This document shows positions 19,155 to 35,262 of a stretch of 64,000 bases of DNA, piece by piece. The notes below the pieces were generated by a model that was not told where the DNA came from, searched no databases, and saw only the letters and a list, made by a program, of their open reading frames with translations. The stretch is from an uncultured Chloroflexia bacterium (GTDB lineage: Bacteria > Chloroflexota > Limnocylindria > Limnocylindrales > CSP1-4): NCBI GenBank assembly GCA_963712745.1, contig CAVQJC010000004.1, positions 96,001 through 160,000 on the forward strand, given 5' to 3'. The position numbers and the translations under genes were made by a program. Numbering within the stretch: position 1 is the first letter of the stretch; each line of letters starts with the position of its first letter.

Positions 19155-20549
19155 ATGACCGCCCCTCGTGTCGCCGCGTCCGTCGGCGAACTCGTCTCCT
19201 GTCTCGACGGCATATGCCATCTCGAGGGCGAGCGCCTCGTCATCGACGACGTCGAGACCTTCCGCGCCTCCGGTATCAAGGACGTGGCCTGGAGCGCTAC
19301 CTTCAGCCAGGATGAGGCCGTCGTCGAGGCCGCCCGCTGGATCGTCTGGGAAGCCTCCCAGGAGCTCGGTTGCCCGTCTGCCAGCATCCACGAGCTGTAC
19401 ATGGCGCGTTCGCGCGATGAGTACAGCGGCTGGACGGAGCCGGCCATCAACCTGCGCACGCAGGTCTTCGACATGGCTGCCGCGGGCTGTCGGGCGGCGA
19501 TGAAGCTCGGCGCCGGCTCGCCCATCTGGGAACTCGCCCGCTCGGAGCAGGCCTACACGTACCAGCGTCCCGGTGAGTACATCACCAGCGTCCTCGCCGG
19601 CGCCATCCACGCCGGCTGGGAAGGTCCCATCTTCATCCAGGGTGACCACTACCAGTGGAACGCCAAGAACTACGCCCAGGACCCCGGCAAGGTCACCGGT
19701 GCGCTGCATGAAGCGACCCTCGATGCCTTGTCGGTCGGGTACGGCAACATCGACATCGACTCCTCCACGCTCGTGGACTTGTCGTTCGGCTCGCTCGACG
19801 AGCAGCAGAAGGAGAACTACACCCGCGCCGCCGAGCTGGCGGCCATCATCCGCGAGAACGAGGAGCTCGTCATCTCCATCGGCGGCGAGATCGGCGAGGT
19901 CGGCAAGGACAACTCCACGCCGGATGAGCTGCGCGCCTATCTCGATGGCTTCAACAAGGAGTTCAAGGCTCGCGCCGGCGACGACGCCATCGGCCTCTCC
20001 AAGGTCAGCGTGCAGACCGGTACCTCCCACGGTGGCGTGCCCACCGCGGATGGCAAGGTCGCCGAGGTGAAGCTCGATTTCGAGGTCCTGCGTGAACTGG
20101 GTGTCGTGGCCCGCGAATACGGTCTTGCCGGGGCGGTCCAGCACGGTGCCTCAACGTTGCCCGATGAGCTATTCCATCGCTTCCCCGAGGCCGAGACGGC
20201 CGAGATCCATCTGGCCACCGGTTTCCAGAACGCGCTTTACGAGCACCCCGCCTTCCCGGCCGAGCTGTACGCGAAGGTCGAGCAGTACTGCTTCGACAAC
20301 CTGAGCGACGAGCGTTCCGAGGGCCAGACCGACGCCCAGTTCGTGTACAAGACGCGCAAGAAGGCGCTCGGTGAGATCAAGCGCGAGCTGTGGGACCTCG
20401 AGACCAAGGACGAGATCATCGCCAGCCAGCAGGCCAAGATGAAGTACCTCTTCGAGCAGCTCGGCATCCCCGGCAACAGGGCCACCGTGGAGAAGTACAT
20501 CTCCGCCCCCGAGCGCCACAAGCCGGTCCCGGCCGCGCTGAAGGCCTAG
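19155..20549 (+). CDS. Class II fructose-bisphosphate aldolase family protein
   Basis: QGDHYQ, IDIDSS, GGEIGEVG, GTSHGG and VQHGAST; GGAGG RBS. Confidence 0.85.
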   Translation: MTAPRVAASVGELVSCLDGICHLEGERLVIDDVETFRASGIKDVAWSATFSQDEAVVEAARWIVWEASQELGCPSASIHELYMARSRDEYSGWTEPAINLRTQVFDMAAAGCRAAMKLGAGSPIWELARSEQAYTYQRPGEYITSVLAGAIHAGWEGPIFIQGDHYQWNAKNYAQDPGKVTGALHEATLDALSVGYGNIDIDSSTLVDLSFGSLDEQQKENYTRAAELAAIIRENEELVISIGGEIGEVGKDNSTPDELRAYLDGFNKEFKARAGDDAIGLSKVSVQTGTSHGGVPTADGKVAEVKLDFEVLRELGVVAREYGLAGAVQHGASTLPDELFHRFPEAETAEIHLATGFQNALYEHPAFPAELYAKVEQYCFDNLSDERSEGQTDAQFVYKTRKKALGEIKRELWDLETKDEIIASQQAKMKYLFEQLGIPGNRATVEKYISAPERHKPVPAALKA

Positions 20550-20719
20550 CTCGGGATCCGGCGGTACCATAGAGAACAAGGCGCGCCCTTGCGGCGCGAC
20601 GTCGAGCAGCATCGCCGCCGGGGTCCTTCGGGGTCCCGGCGGCGACCTGTCCCCACGCCTGATGGCAGCCTTCAGGGGCGTTCACGCGTCAATCCCGACC
20701 GCGTAGGTAAGATATCCAC

Positions 20720-21790
20720 ATGCTCAACGACACCACCATCACCGAGGCTCTTCGGAGTGTCCAGGATCCGGAGCTCCATCGCGACATCGTGAGCCTGGAC
20801 ATGGTCAAGGAGATCAGGGTCGACGGGACGGCCGTGGCCCTGAAGGTCGACCTGACCACACCGGCCTGCCCGCTCAAGGACCAGATAGGGGCCGACATCG
20901 AGGAGAAGCTCCAGGCGCTCGGTGCCACAGAGATCGATCTGACCTGGGGTGCCTCGGTGCGGCGTGCGGTCCCCGGCAAGCAGGAAGGCAACCTCGTTCC
21001 CGGCGTCAAGAACATCATCGCCGTGGCCTCGGGCAAGGGCGGTGTGGGCAAGAGCAGCGTCTCGGTCAACCTGGCCACTTCGCTCGCGCTCGAGGGCGCC
21101 AGCGTGGGCCTGCTCGACGCCGACATCACGGGCCCCAACATCCCCCAGATGATGGGCATCGAGGGACAGCCGTCGGCTACGCCGGAGGGCAAGATCAAGC
21201 CCCTTGAGCGCTACGGCGTCAAGGTCATCTCCATCCAGTTCTTCGTGCCCCAGGGCCAGCCCATCGTGTGGCGCGGTCCGCTCGTCGGCGGGGCCATCCA
21301 GCAGTTCCTGCGCGACGTGGACTGGGGCGACCTCGACTACCTCGTGGTCGACATGCCCCCGGGCACCTCAGATGCCCAACTCACCCTGGCCCAGTCGGTG
21401 CCCGTGACCGGCTCGGTGCTGGTGACCACGCCGCAGGACGTCGCCCTCGCTGACGTGGAGAAGGCACTCAACATGTTCGAGCGCATGTCGGTTCCGATCC
21501 TCGGCATCGTCGAGAACATGAGCGCCTTCATCTGCCCGCACTGCGGCGAAGCCACCGAGATCTTCGGCCGCGGCGGCGCCGAGCGCTTCGCGAAGGCGCA
21601 TGGTCTGCACTTCTTCGGCGGCATCCCGCTCGACGTGAAGATGCGGCAGGGTGGTGATGCCGGCGTCCCGGCAGTGGCCCAGCGTGAGCCGGGTCCCGCG
21701 GCGGAGGTGCTACGGGAGGTGGCGCGGGCCGTGGCCGGCCGCGTCTCGATGCAAGCCACGGTGGAGACCCCCACCCTCACCATCACTTGA
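20720..21790 (+). CDS. mrp: Mrp/NBP35 (ApbC) Fe-S cluster carrier ATPase
   Basis: DPEL..DIV…TTPACP N-domain; ASGKGGVGKS, DMPPGTSD and ENMS.FICPHC. Confidence 0.93.
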   Translation: MLNDTTITEALRSVQDPELHRDIVSLDMVKEIRVDGTAVALKVDLTTPACPLKDQIGADIEEKLQALGATEIDLTWGASVRRAVPGKQEGNLVPGVKNIIAVASGKGGVGKSSVSVNLATSLALEGASVGLLDADITGPNIPQMMGIEGQPSATPEGKIKPLERYGVKVISIQFFVPQGQPIVWRGPLVGGAIQQFLRDVDWGDLDYLVVDMPPGTSDAQLTLAQSVPVTGSVLVTTPQDVALADVEKALNMFERMSVPILGIVENMSAFICPHCGEATEIFGRGGAERFAKAHGLHFFGGIPLDVKMRQGGDAGVPAVAQREPGPAAEVLREVARAVAGRVSMQATVETPTLTIT

Positions 21791-21796
21791 GGCGAC

Positions 21797-22966
21797 CTAC
21801 TGGCCGAGGCGCCGCCAGAGCTCGGCGATGGCGGCATTGGCGGAGCGCCGGCGCCCCGCTTCACCACCTCTGAAGGCGGTCCGCTCGACCGATGTGATGG
21901 TGCCCTCGATGTCGAGTCCGACCATGACAGTCATGTCATCACCCGCCTCGCGACACACCGCCGCGAGGCCGATGTCCGACCCATGTCGACGGCGCACCGC
22001 GGTCGCGAGTTCGACCGCACTCGCCCCCCCGACCGGGCGCAGCTCGGCATGGAGCAGGAACGCGCCGGTGCCGAGGAGCAGGGCCAGGTAGCCGCCGCTG
22101 CCGACCTCGACCGTGGCCAGGGTGCGACCGCCGAGGCGCGGGGTCAGGGCGCTGACCCAGTCGTCGCCCTCGTCCCGCCCGAAGACGTAGGGGTCGATGC
22201 GTGGGCTGAGCGACGCGATGGCGGTCTCGACCATCTCAACGGCCTCCCGCTCCCCCTCGGCCACTGCGCTCACGCGCAGGTCCACGAAGTCGAGACGCGC
22301 GTACGTGGCCATGCGCGGGTTCGCCGTCTCCAGCAGCTGCCGGCCCACCAGGTCCACGACCGCCGACTCGCCTATGCCGGTGAGATGCAGCGTACGCGCA
22401 GCACGGTCAAGACCCAGCCCGCGGGCCCTGAGCCGCGGGAGAACGTGGTCGCGCCACATGGGATGGAGTTCTCGTGGCGGTCCGGGCAGGGCCACGACGA
22501 CCTTGCCCTCCTGCTCGACCCACCAGCCAGGTGCGGTGCCATTGGGGTTGGGCAGGGGAGCGGCGCTGGGGATGAGCCAGGCTTGTTTGAGGTTGACTTC
22601 GGAGAAGGGCAGCCCGCGCCGGGCCCAAAGCCCACGCAGCCAGGACTCCAGCTCGGGATCGACCCGCGCCTGCTCGCCGAGCGTGGAAGCGATCGCTTCC
22701 CGGGTGAGGTCGTCGGGGGTCGGGCCCAGGCCGCCCGTGGTGACCACCAGGTCGACCCGCGCCAGTGCGTCGCGCAGCGCCTCGCCGACGCTGGTGAGAT
22801 CGTCGGGCAGCTGGCTCATGCGCGCCACCTCGACGCCGAGCGCGCTCAGCTCGCGCGCGATGTCGCCGCTGTTGGTGTCGCGTGTCTCGCCTACCAGCAG
22901 CTCGGCGCCGATGGCCAGCATCTCCGCGGTGGCGATGCGAGTTGGCGTCGGGTGATGATCAGGCAT
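21797..22966 (-). CDS. cinA: CinA-family protein (MoCF domain plus degenerate PncC domain)
   Basis: IGAELL.G…DTN, TTGGLGPTPDDLT, NPNGTAPG, LPGPPRE and GIGES. Confidence 0.85.
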   Translation of the reverse strand: MPDHHPTPTRIATAEMLAIGAELLVGETRDTNSGDIARELSALGVEVARMSQLPDDLTSVGEALRDALARVDLVVTTGGLGPTPDDLTREAIASTLGEQARVDPELESWLRGLWARRGLPFSEVNLKQAWLIPSAAPLPNPNGTAPGWWVEQEGKVVVALPGPPRELHPMWRDHVLPRLRARGLGLDRAARTLHLTGIGESAVVDLVGRQLLETANPRMATYARLDFVDLRVSAVAEGEREAVEMVETAIASLSPRIDPYVFGRDEGDDWVSALTPRLGGRTLATVEVGSGGYLALLLGTGAFLLHAELRPVGGASAVELATAVRRRHGSDIGLAAVCREAGDDMTVMVGLDIEGTITSVERTAFRGGEAGRRRSANAAIAELWRRLGQ

Positions 22967-23058
22967 GTCCAGCGAGTCTACCGGCCGACGCCTTGCGGGG
23001 AGGAGCCGGGCCCTCCTTGGGCCTGAGGTCGAATCGCCGGCCACGAGACACCCGCCGG

Positions 23059-23088
23059 TTGACGCAGCACGGCAATCTGTGTTATCAC
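23059..23088 (+). promoter_or_regulatory. Sigma-70-type promoter of groEL
   Basis: TTGACG (23059-64), 18-nt spacer, TATCAC (23083-88) overlapping CIRCE. Confidence 0.55.
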
Positions 23089-23108
23089 TCTATCACTGAG
23101 AGTGCTAA
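23082..23108 (+). promoter_or_regulatory. CIRCE element (HrcA operator)
   Basis: TTATCACTC-N9-GAGTGCTAA, one mismatch to TTAGCACTC-N9-GAGTGCTAA, upstream of groEL. Confidence 0.9.
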
Positions 23109-23229
23109 CCACCGCGCAGGAGCGACCTCACGTTCCTGCCAAGGGGTCACCAAACCGGCGCGAAGACGTCGCCTGCCAGCGTGACGGCACGTGGCAGACC
23201 GGCGCACGACGCGCAACACAGGAGGAACG

Positions 23230-24882
<1,653 letters not shown>

Positions 24883-24918
24883 CCGGACTGCCGGGAGCTA
24901 CGGCTTCACTTCCATCCC

Positions 24919-24956
24919 CAGCAGCAGGCCCGGCCACTTGGCCGGGCCTGCTGCTG
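24919..24956 (+). terminator. Long hairpin downstream of groEL
   Basis: cagcagcaggcccggcca-ct-tggccgggcctgctgctg perfect inverted repeat. Confidence 0.75.
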
Positions 24957-25039
24957 TCATGCTCGGGTATGCTGGACGGGTACACCGGGGGAGACGTGCC
25001 GACCCCGGACCTGGCCCGAGCCGCAGACGAGGCTGACCG

Positions 25040-25978
25040 CTGACCGCGACACCCGATCCAACAGACCCTCCTCGCGACGACGCTGACGCGACGGCCGGTG
25101 GCGGCAGCGCGCCCGACAGCGGCCGCGAAGACGAGTCGGCCAAACCCGGCGTCGGTGAGGCCATCGGCGGCGTGCGTGCGGCGTTCAGGCGCATGCTCGA
25201 GGCCCACCTCGGTCTGCTGCGCGCCGAGCTCGAGCTCACCGGCAAGGAACTGGCCATCATCGTCGGCCTCGCGGTCGGCGCGCTGGCGATCGCCATCCTG
25301 GTCGGGATCCTGCTGTATGTCGGTGGCTTCCTGTTCTTCGGAGAGCTGCTCTTCGGCTCCATGGGCTGGGGCATCATCCACGGCACGCTCATCGGCGCCG
25401 CCGTCATCGTGTACGTGGGCCTGAACCTGGCCGGCGGAGAGGTCCGTGGCTACGGCTGGGGCGCACTCATCGGCGTCATCGTCACCGTCGCCCTGGCCAT
25501 CCTGTTGCTCAGCAACGTGGGCAACGAGAGCGGGGAGTGGGTGCGGCGCTTCCTGGTGGAGGAATTCCAGACAGACGACCTGCCCTTCGGCGACGAGTGG
25601 CTGGTCTTCCTGAGCGGGTTGGTCCTCGGCGGCCTGATCGGTCTCGCGGGCGGCCTCATCGTGGCTTGGCGAGCAAGCCTGGATGGCAGGGCTCGTCTGT
25701 GGGCCGTGGTAGGCCTCATCCTGACCTTCGCATTGGTGGGAGCCATCTACCTCCCCACCCGTTACGACGCGCCGGACGGCGTGCTCGGCCTGGCCATCAT
25801 GATCGGCCTGATCGTGTGGATCGCTACCGGCGCCTGGCTGACCGCTCGCAACGGCTTCGACCCGGAGGCCCGCTATGCCAACCTGCTGCCGCGTGAATCG
25901 ATCGCCGCCTTCAGCCGGACCAAGGAGTTCGTCTTCGAGCAGTGGGAGCGCCAGAAGAGCAGGATGATGGGCCGATGA
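25040..25978 (+). CDS. Polytopic membrane protein, phage-holin-superfamily-like N-terminus (start uncertain)
   Basis: AHLGLLRAELE followed by several TM helices. The frame is open from CTG 25040; first canonical start is GTG 25172. Confidence 0.7.
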   Translation: MTATPDPTDPPRDDADATAGGGSAPDSGREDESAKPGVGEAIGGVRAAFRRMLEAHLGLLRAELELTGKELAIIVGLAVGALAIAILVGILLYVGGFLFFGELLFGSMGWGIIHGTLIGAAVIVYVGLNLAGGEVRGYGWGALIGVIVTVALAILLLSNVGNESGEWVRRFLVEEFQTDDLPFGDEWLVFLSGLVLGGLIGLAGGLIVAWRASLDGRARLWAVVGLILTFALVGAIYLPTRYDAPDGVLGLAIMIGLIVWIATGAWLTARNGFDPEARYANLLPRESIAAFSRTKEFVFEQWERQKSRMMGR

Positions 25979-26606
25979 CCGAGGACGTGACCAGTCGCCG
26001 GGAGTCCGACGACGATGAAGCTTTCGAGCGCATGCTGGCCAAGCACGACGAGCCGACGCCTGAGGTGGTGGACGCCATGTCCGAGGTGGAGGCCGCCCGG
26101 GCCGGCCTTGCCGACTCGCTCGACGACCTCGTGGCCGCTGCGCAGTCGGCACTCGACATCCCGGCCAAGGTCAGGCGCAACCCGGTCAGGACGGCGGCCC
26201 TCGTCGGCGGCACCGGTTTCGTGCTGGTGGGAGGCCCCCGACGTGTGGTGCGTATGGTCGGTCGCCGGATCCGCCCACAGCGTCCCGATCCCCATGCAGG
26301 ATCCTCCCGCCGGAGATCGAGAAGGTCCTGAAGGACTCGGGCGTGGCCAAGGATCCCGAGATCCGCCGAGCGCTCAACGCGGACTTCGCGGAGTACCTCA
26401 AGAAGAAGGGTACACGCAAGGACGAGCCCAACCCGGCAGCCAGCTTCTGGCGGACCTTCGACAAGGTGGCCGGACCACTGGGCACGGCCGGTGCTCGGAT
26501 CATGGTCGGCCGGCTGATGGAGGCCGATCGGGACCGGGCCCGAGCTCGCGCGGAGCTGCGTGAGCGCCAGATCGAGCGCGCCGAGGCCAGGAAGAACGCC
26601 ACCTGA
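25975..26606 (+). CDS. DUF3618-like protein; frameshift near 26298-26301
   Basis: EVEAARAGLADSLDDL…DIPAKVRRNP. One added G in gcaggatcctc gives GILPPEIEKVLKDSGVAKDP, joining ORF 26343..26606. Confidence 0.65.
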
Positions 26607-26667
26607 ACCCGAGCGCCTCCCACCAGGTGCGCGCCCGTGGGTGTCAGCCATAATGGGCCGCGTTCTC

Positions 26668-26753
26668 GCGGGCGTGGCGGAACGGTAGACGCGGCAGCCT
26701 TAGGAGCTGTTGACCGAAAGGTCGTGGAGGTTCGAGTCCTCTCGCCCGCACCA
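26668..26753 (+). tRNA. tRNA-Leu (anticodon TAG)
   Basis: Acceptor stem GCGGGCG/CGCCCGC, anticodon arm GCAGC-CTTAGGA-GCTGT, long variable arm, GTTCGAGTC T-loop, encoded CCA; CATAAT -10 upstream. Confidence 0.97.
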
Positions 26754-26878
26754 CGCACCGATCTGGTGCCCCGACCACACCGGGTCGCTGAGATCCGAGG
26801 GCTGGGCGCCACGTCGACGCCGTCGCGTCCGTATACTCGTGCGGCACTCTCCAAAAACAACCGACCGACAAGGAACCC

Positions 26879-28339
26879 GTGAACACCGACATCCGCGAAG
26901 CGGGCCAGAGCACCATCCTGCTCGAGGTCCAGATCACCGACAAGGAACTCCAGGGCGCCATCAACGAGGGTGTCCGTCATCTCGCGCGCCGTACGCGGGT
27001 CCCCGGCTTCCGCCCGGGCAAGGCACCCCGCAAGATCGTCGAGCGCGCCCTTGGCGTGGACCGCACCGATCCTGACGCCCCCGATCCCGTCTACGACGAG
27101 GCTCGCGAGCACCTCTACCAGCGCACCGTCATCACGGCCGTGACCGAATCGGGCAGGGACGTACTTGAACTGCCGCGCGAGCCGGAGTGGACCCAGTTCG
27201 AGGAAGGCGTCGGCGCCACGTACCAGGTAACGCTTCCCGTTCGCCCTGAGGTGGAGCTCGGCGATTACACCGATTACCCGTTCGAACCGGAGATCGAAGA
27301 GGTCACCGAAGATCAGATCGACCAGGTGGTCGAACAACTGCGTGATCAGCAGGCCTCGCTCATCCCGGTCGAGGACCGCGGCGCCGAGAACGATGACTAT
27401 GCCGTCATCAGCTTCCAAGGCCGGCGCGACGGTGAACCTGTCGAGGGCGCCCAGTCGGACCGCTTCCCGCTGATCGTGGGCAAGGAACGCATGATCCCCG
27501 GCTTCGAGGCCAACCTCCTGGGCATGAAGGAGGCGGAGGAGCGCACCTTCAGCGTGACCTTCCCCGAGGACTACGCCGAGGAGTCGCTGCAGGGTGCGGA
27601 GGTCGAGTTCACGGCCACGCTGCTGGAGCTCCGCGAGCGCAAGCTGCCCCAGGCCGATGATGACTTCGCCGGGATGGTGGGTCCGTACGATGACATGGCG
27701 GCGCTGCGGGCGGATCTCGATGAGCGCATGAGGATCAACGCGCTCGACCGGGCCCGCCACCACTTCGTGGACCGCATCATCGAGTACGCCAACGGCAACG
27801 CCACCGTGACCCTGCCGGAGATCCTGGTCGAGCGCGAGATCGGCGTGATGATCGATGAGCTCAAGGTGCGTACCGCCGAGCAGGGCATCGCCTACGAGGA
27901 CTACCTGCGGGTGACCGAGAAGGACGAGGCCGCCTTGCGCGAGGAATACCGCGAAGGTGCGGAGCAGCGCGTGAAGACGCTGCTGGTGCTGGGCGCGATC
28001 GCCGACAAGGAGGAGGTCACGGTCGCGGACGAAGACATCCAGGCTGAGATCGACCGGGTCCTGGTCGATCCCAACGCCAGTGACTCGATCAAGGAGTACC
28101 TCGACTCCGACCGCGGCCGCGACTACATCCGGTCACAACTGCGCCGGTCACAGACCGTCGAGATGCTGGCTGACCGCTGGATCGAAGCACATCCGGAGTA
28201 CGAGAGCGTGCAGCACCAGCACGGCCACAGCCATGACGAGGAAGAGGAGGGCGAGGAGACCGCGGTCGACCCGGTCGCCGAGGTCGTCGAGGAGGTCACC
28301 GAAGAGGGGGCGACTGCCGCGCGGAGGGACGAGGCATGA
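26879..28339 (+). CDS. tig: Trigger factor
   Basis: [10 protein letters not shown] signature, FKBP domain (MIPGFE, VTFPEDY); upstream of clpPX. Confidence 0.96.
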   Translation: MNTDIREAGQSTILLEVQITDKELQGAINEGVRHLARRTRVPGFRPGKAPRKIVERALGVDRTDPDAPDPVYDEAREHLYQRTVITAVTESGRDVLELPREPEWTQFEEGVGATYQVTLPVRPEVELGDYTDYPFEPEIEEVTEDQIDQVVEQLRDQQASLIPVEDRGAENDDYAVISFQGRRDGEPVEGAQSDRFPLIVGKERMIPGFEANLLGMKEAEERTFSVTFPEDYAEESLQGAEVEFTATLLELRERKLPQADDDFAGMVGPYDDMAALRADLDERMRINALDRARHHFVDRIIEYANGNATVTLPEILVEREIGVMIDELKVRTAEQGIAYEDYLRVTEKDEAALREEYREGAEQRVKTLLVLGAIADKEEVTVADEDIQAEIDRVLVDPNASDSIKEYLDSDRGRDYIRSQLRRSQTVEMLADRWIEAHPEYESVQHQHGHSHDEEEEGEETAVDPVAEVVEEVTEEGATAARRDEA

Positions 28340-29016
28340 CCCGACACCCGAGCATCCCCAGCGCCTCGCAAGCGGCTGAGGCAGCCCGCCAGACCACGGC
28401 CATGCTCGTGCCCATGGTCATCGAGTCCTCGAGCCGAGGCGAACGCGCCTACGACATCTACAGTCGGCTGCTCAAGGACCGCATCATCTTCCTGGGTGAC
28501 CAGATCGAGGACCACATGGCCAACCTCATCATCGCCCAGCTGCTCTTCCTCGAAGCCGAGGATCCTGACCGCGACATCAGCCTGTACATCAACTCGCCCG
28601 GTGGCGTGGTCACCTCCGGCCTGGCCATCTACGACACGATGCAGTACCTGCGCGCACCGGTGAGCACGATCTGCATCGGCATGGCCGCCTCCATGGCCTC
28701 GGTGCTCCTGGCTGCCGGCGCCCAGGGCAAGCGCTACGCGTTGCCCAACAGCCGCATCATGATCCACCAGGGTTCGGGCGGCTTCCGTGGCTCGACGCCG
28801 GATGTGCTCATCCAGGTCAAGGAGCTCGAGGACCTCAACCAGCGACTCCATCAGATCCTCGCCCGCCATACCGGCCAGACGGCCAAGAAGGTGGCCAGGG
28901 ACACCGAGCGTGACAACTTCATGGCTCCGGACGAGGCCAAGGCCTACGGCATCATCGACGAGGTCTACGCTGAACGCTCTGAGTCGCTCATCAGCGAGTC
29001 GAAGAGCAAGGGCTAG
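28336..29016 (+). CDS. clpP: ATP-dependent Clp protease proteolytic subunit (alternative start 28401)
   Basis: [33 protein letters not shown] and ERDNFM. Confidence 0.98.
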   Translation: MTRHPSIPSASQAAEAARQTTAMLVPMVIESSSRGERAYDIYSRLLKDRIIFLGDQIEDHMANLIIAQLLFLEAEDPDRDISLYINSPGGVVTSGLAIYDTMQYLRAPVSTICIGMAASMASVLLAAGAQGKRYALPNSRIMIHQGSGGFRGSTPDVLIQVKELEDLNQRLHQILARHTGQTAKKVARDTERDNFMAPDEAKAYGIIDEVYAERSESLISESKSKG

Positions 29017-29051
29017 GTCCAGAGAGAGCATTCGAGAAGGAGAGCGGATCC

Positions 29052-30352
<1,301 letters not shown>

Positions 30353-30356
<4 letters not shown>

Positions 30357-31129
30357 CCCGACGCCTGCCGCGGTCGGGCAGCGATGAACTCGAGCACCTC
30401 GCTCCAGGCGGCGGCCGCAGCCGCGGCGTGTGCAGGCTCCCGCCGGTCGAAGAACGAGTGCGGCGCATCCTCGTAGACCACGACGCGATGGTCGATCTGC
30501 GCAGCTCGCAACGCCGCCTCGAACGAGGCCACGTCGTCCGCCGTGATCTTGGGGTCAGCTCCTCCGAAGATGGCCAGCAGGGGCGATCGGATGTCGCCCG
30601 CTACGTCGGCCGGGGCCGGCAGGTCGTTGAGGAACGGCCCCGCGGGCCAGCCGTAGAAGCCGATCACACCGGCCAGGTCGAGTTCGGGCAGTGTGGCCAG
30701 CAGAAAGGACGTGCGCCCGCCGAAGCAGAAGCCGATGGAGAAGAGGGCATCGAGGTCGCGCTCGGCACGCAGAGCGGCAGCCGCGGCGATGATGTCCGAC
30801 CGCAGGTCGGTCCAGGTCGTCTGCCGCGCGTGCCTGACGTGGTCGAACGTCCGCTCGCGTGGCGGTAGCGCAGCAGTGCGACCGTAGTAGTCCAGCGCCA
30901 TCGCGTCCATGCCGGCCTCCGCGAACCGGAGCGCGAGCTGCTCATAGAACCCGCTCAGGCCGCCGTAGTCGGGCAGGACAAGGACGCCGAGGTTGCGTGG
31001 CTCGAGCGCTTCGGCTCGAAAGACGGCGAAGTCGTTCCCGTCGGCCGCACGGAGCTGTAGACGCAGGCCCCGCGCCGACCGCCCTCGCGCGGGCTCGACA
31101 GGTGGCTGACTTGCGGGGTCGGAGCACAT
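30353..31129 (-). CDS. Dienelactone hydrolase family protein
   Basis: GFCFGG nucleophile elbow, GGADP and APHSF; GAGG RBS before ATG 31129. Confidence 0.88.
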
Positions 31130-31296
31130 GGTTCTGGAGCCTCCTCGACACGAGTGGGATCGCAAGTCTGCGCTAGACTCGATGACCGCGGCACGCTCGA
31201 CACCGTGGCGATTCGATGGCAGCAACTCATCCGGGGCCTCGTTCGTTCGATGGGACGATCGAGGCCGTCCGTATGGCAGGCAGGGGAAGGGCAGGC

Positions 31297-34026
<2,730 letters not shown>

Positions 34027-34141
34027 ACAGCCGACCGGAGACCGCTACCCGGCGCGGGAGGATGGTACTGCCGCTGCCCCACCGGCGAGGCGCTACGATG
34101 GGACCGTTCTCCTCATCTTGCTGGTGACAAAGGACCTGCCT

Positions 34142-34894
34142 GTGACCTTCGATTTCCTCAAACGCAAGAAAGATGAGCCCAAGGGCCCACCACGTTCCCT
34201 CGGGCTGCCCGACCCGGGCATCCTGACCGAGGAGCCGCCGGCTGAAGACTATGAGCTGAAGCTGACGTACCGCGCCCGTAGCAGCAAGGGCGTGCGCTTC
34301 GGGCCGGGCGAAGGCTCGGTCGGTTCGCTGCCGCACATGCTCGAGCAATTCGCCAAGTCGCCCATCGAGCTGATCGAGCCGCTCGACCCGCAGTTCGCCG
34401 ATGCCAACCCCGCGGTCATGCGCACGATCGAGGCATCGCAGTGGCTGAACGCGCATCACCATCGCTCACCCGTCACGCGCTATGGCCTGATGGTGCTCGA
34501 GACGCTCGACGCCATCGACCCGGCCTTCGAATCCATCGCTCTGTGCCTGCTAGACGGCGACCTCGACTCGGCCGGCTACCCCGACTACACCGGCATCATC
34601 GGCGCGGTGGCCTCGTACTGGGACGAGGTCACCGGTGATCAGATGGTGCGCGGCATCGTCGGTTGGGGCGGCAAGGGCGTGCGAGGCGACACCGAACGCA
34701 ACGCGACTCGAATGCTCAGTGCCCTCCTCGTCGCCATCGTGGGCACGCGTGGTGCCGCCGAGCTCGTCGAGCTCGACCGTCCGTTGCCGCCCGATTCGGG
34801 CGCGGGACTGGTTTGCCCACACTGCCAGTTCGCGCAGGTCGGCAAGAGCGCGTTCTTCTGCCCCAAGTGCGGCATGCGCCTGCTGCGAGGCTAG
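34142..34894 (+). CDS. Hypothetical protein with C-terminal zinc ribbon
   Basis: AAGGA RBS before GTG; CPHC…FCPKCG at the C-terminus. Confidence 0.75.
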   Translation: MTFDFLKRKKDEPKGPPRSLGLPDPGILTEEPPAEDYELKLTYRARSSKGVRFGPGEGSVGSLPHMLEQFAKSPIELIEPLDPQFADANPAVMRTIEASQWLNAHHHRSPVTRYGLMVLETLDAIDPAFESIALCLLDGDLDSAGYPDYTGIIGAVASYWDEVTGDQMVRGIVGWGGKGVRGDTERNATRMLSALLVAIVGTRGAAELVELDRPLPPDSGAGLVCPHCQFAQVGKSAFFCPKCGMRLLRG

Positions 34895-34897
34895 GCC

Positions 34898-35248
34898 GTG
34901 CCGCTGTACGACTATCGCTGCACGCAGTGCGCTCGTGAGGTCGAGGTGATGCACGGCATCCACGAGACCGGCCCAGAGGTCTGCGAGTCGTGCGGCGGAG
35001 CCATGCGCAAGGCGCTCTCATCCCCGGCCATCCACTTCAAGGGCAGTGGTTGGGCCAAGAAGGACGCGGCCGCGAGCGCCAGGAAACCCAAGCCGGCGTC
35101 GAGCGATGCCAAGACGGATACCTCCGGCAAGACCGCCAAGGGCGAGACCAAGTCGGGCGACGCCAGCGACCGCTCCGCGAAGGGCAGCGCGGAAGGTGCT
35201 GGAAGCAGCGACAAGGCCGCTTCCTCCGGCGGCGCCAAGTCGGACTAG
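34898..35248 (+). CDS. FmdB-family zinc-ribbon protein
   Basis: PLYDYRC..C…C..CGG…FKGSGW followed by a low-complexity K/S tail. Confidence 0.9.
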   Translation: MPLYDYRCTQCAREVEVMHGIHETGPEVCESCGGAMRKALSSPAIHFKGSGWAKKDAAASARKPKPASSDAKTDTSGKTAKGETKSGDASDRSAKGSAEGAGSSDKAASSGGAKSD

Positions 35249-35262
35249 GGGAGGCTCCGAGC

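Noticed and set aside
25040-26606. Prophage lysis cassette
   Set aside because: Holin-like plus DUF3618-like pairs are common chromosomal genes; no endolysin or phage structural genes are nearby.
26668-26880. Integrative element at tRNA-Leu
   Set aside because: No integrase and no duplicated tRNA 3' end were seen; tRNA-tig-clpP-clpX is ordinary core synteny.
31174-31296. T-box or Val-rich attenuator upstream of valS
   Set aside because: Only one hairpin (ggcctcg…cgaggcc) is present; no T-box consensus and no Val-rich leader peptide.
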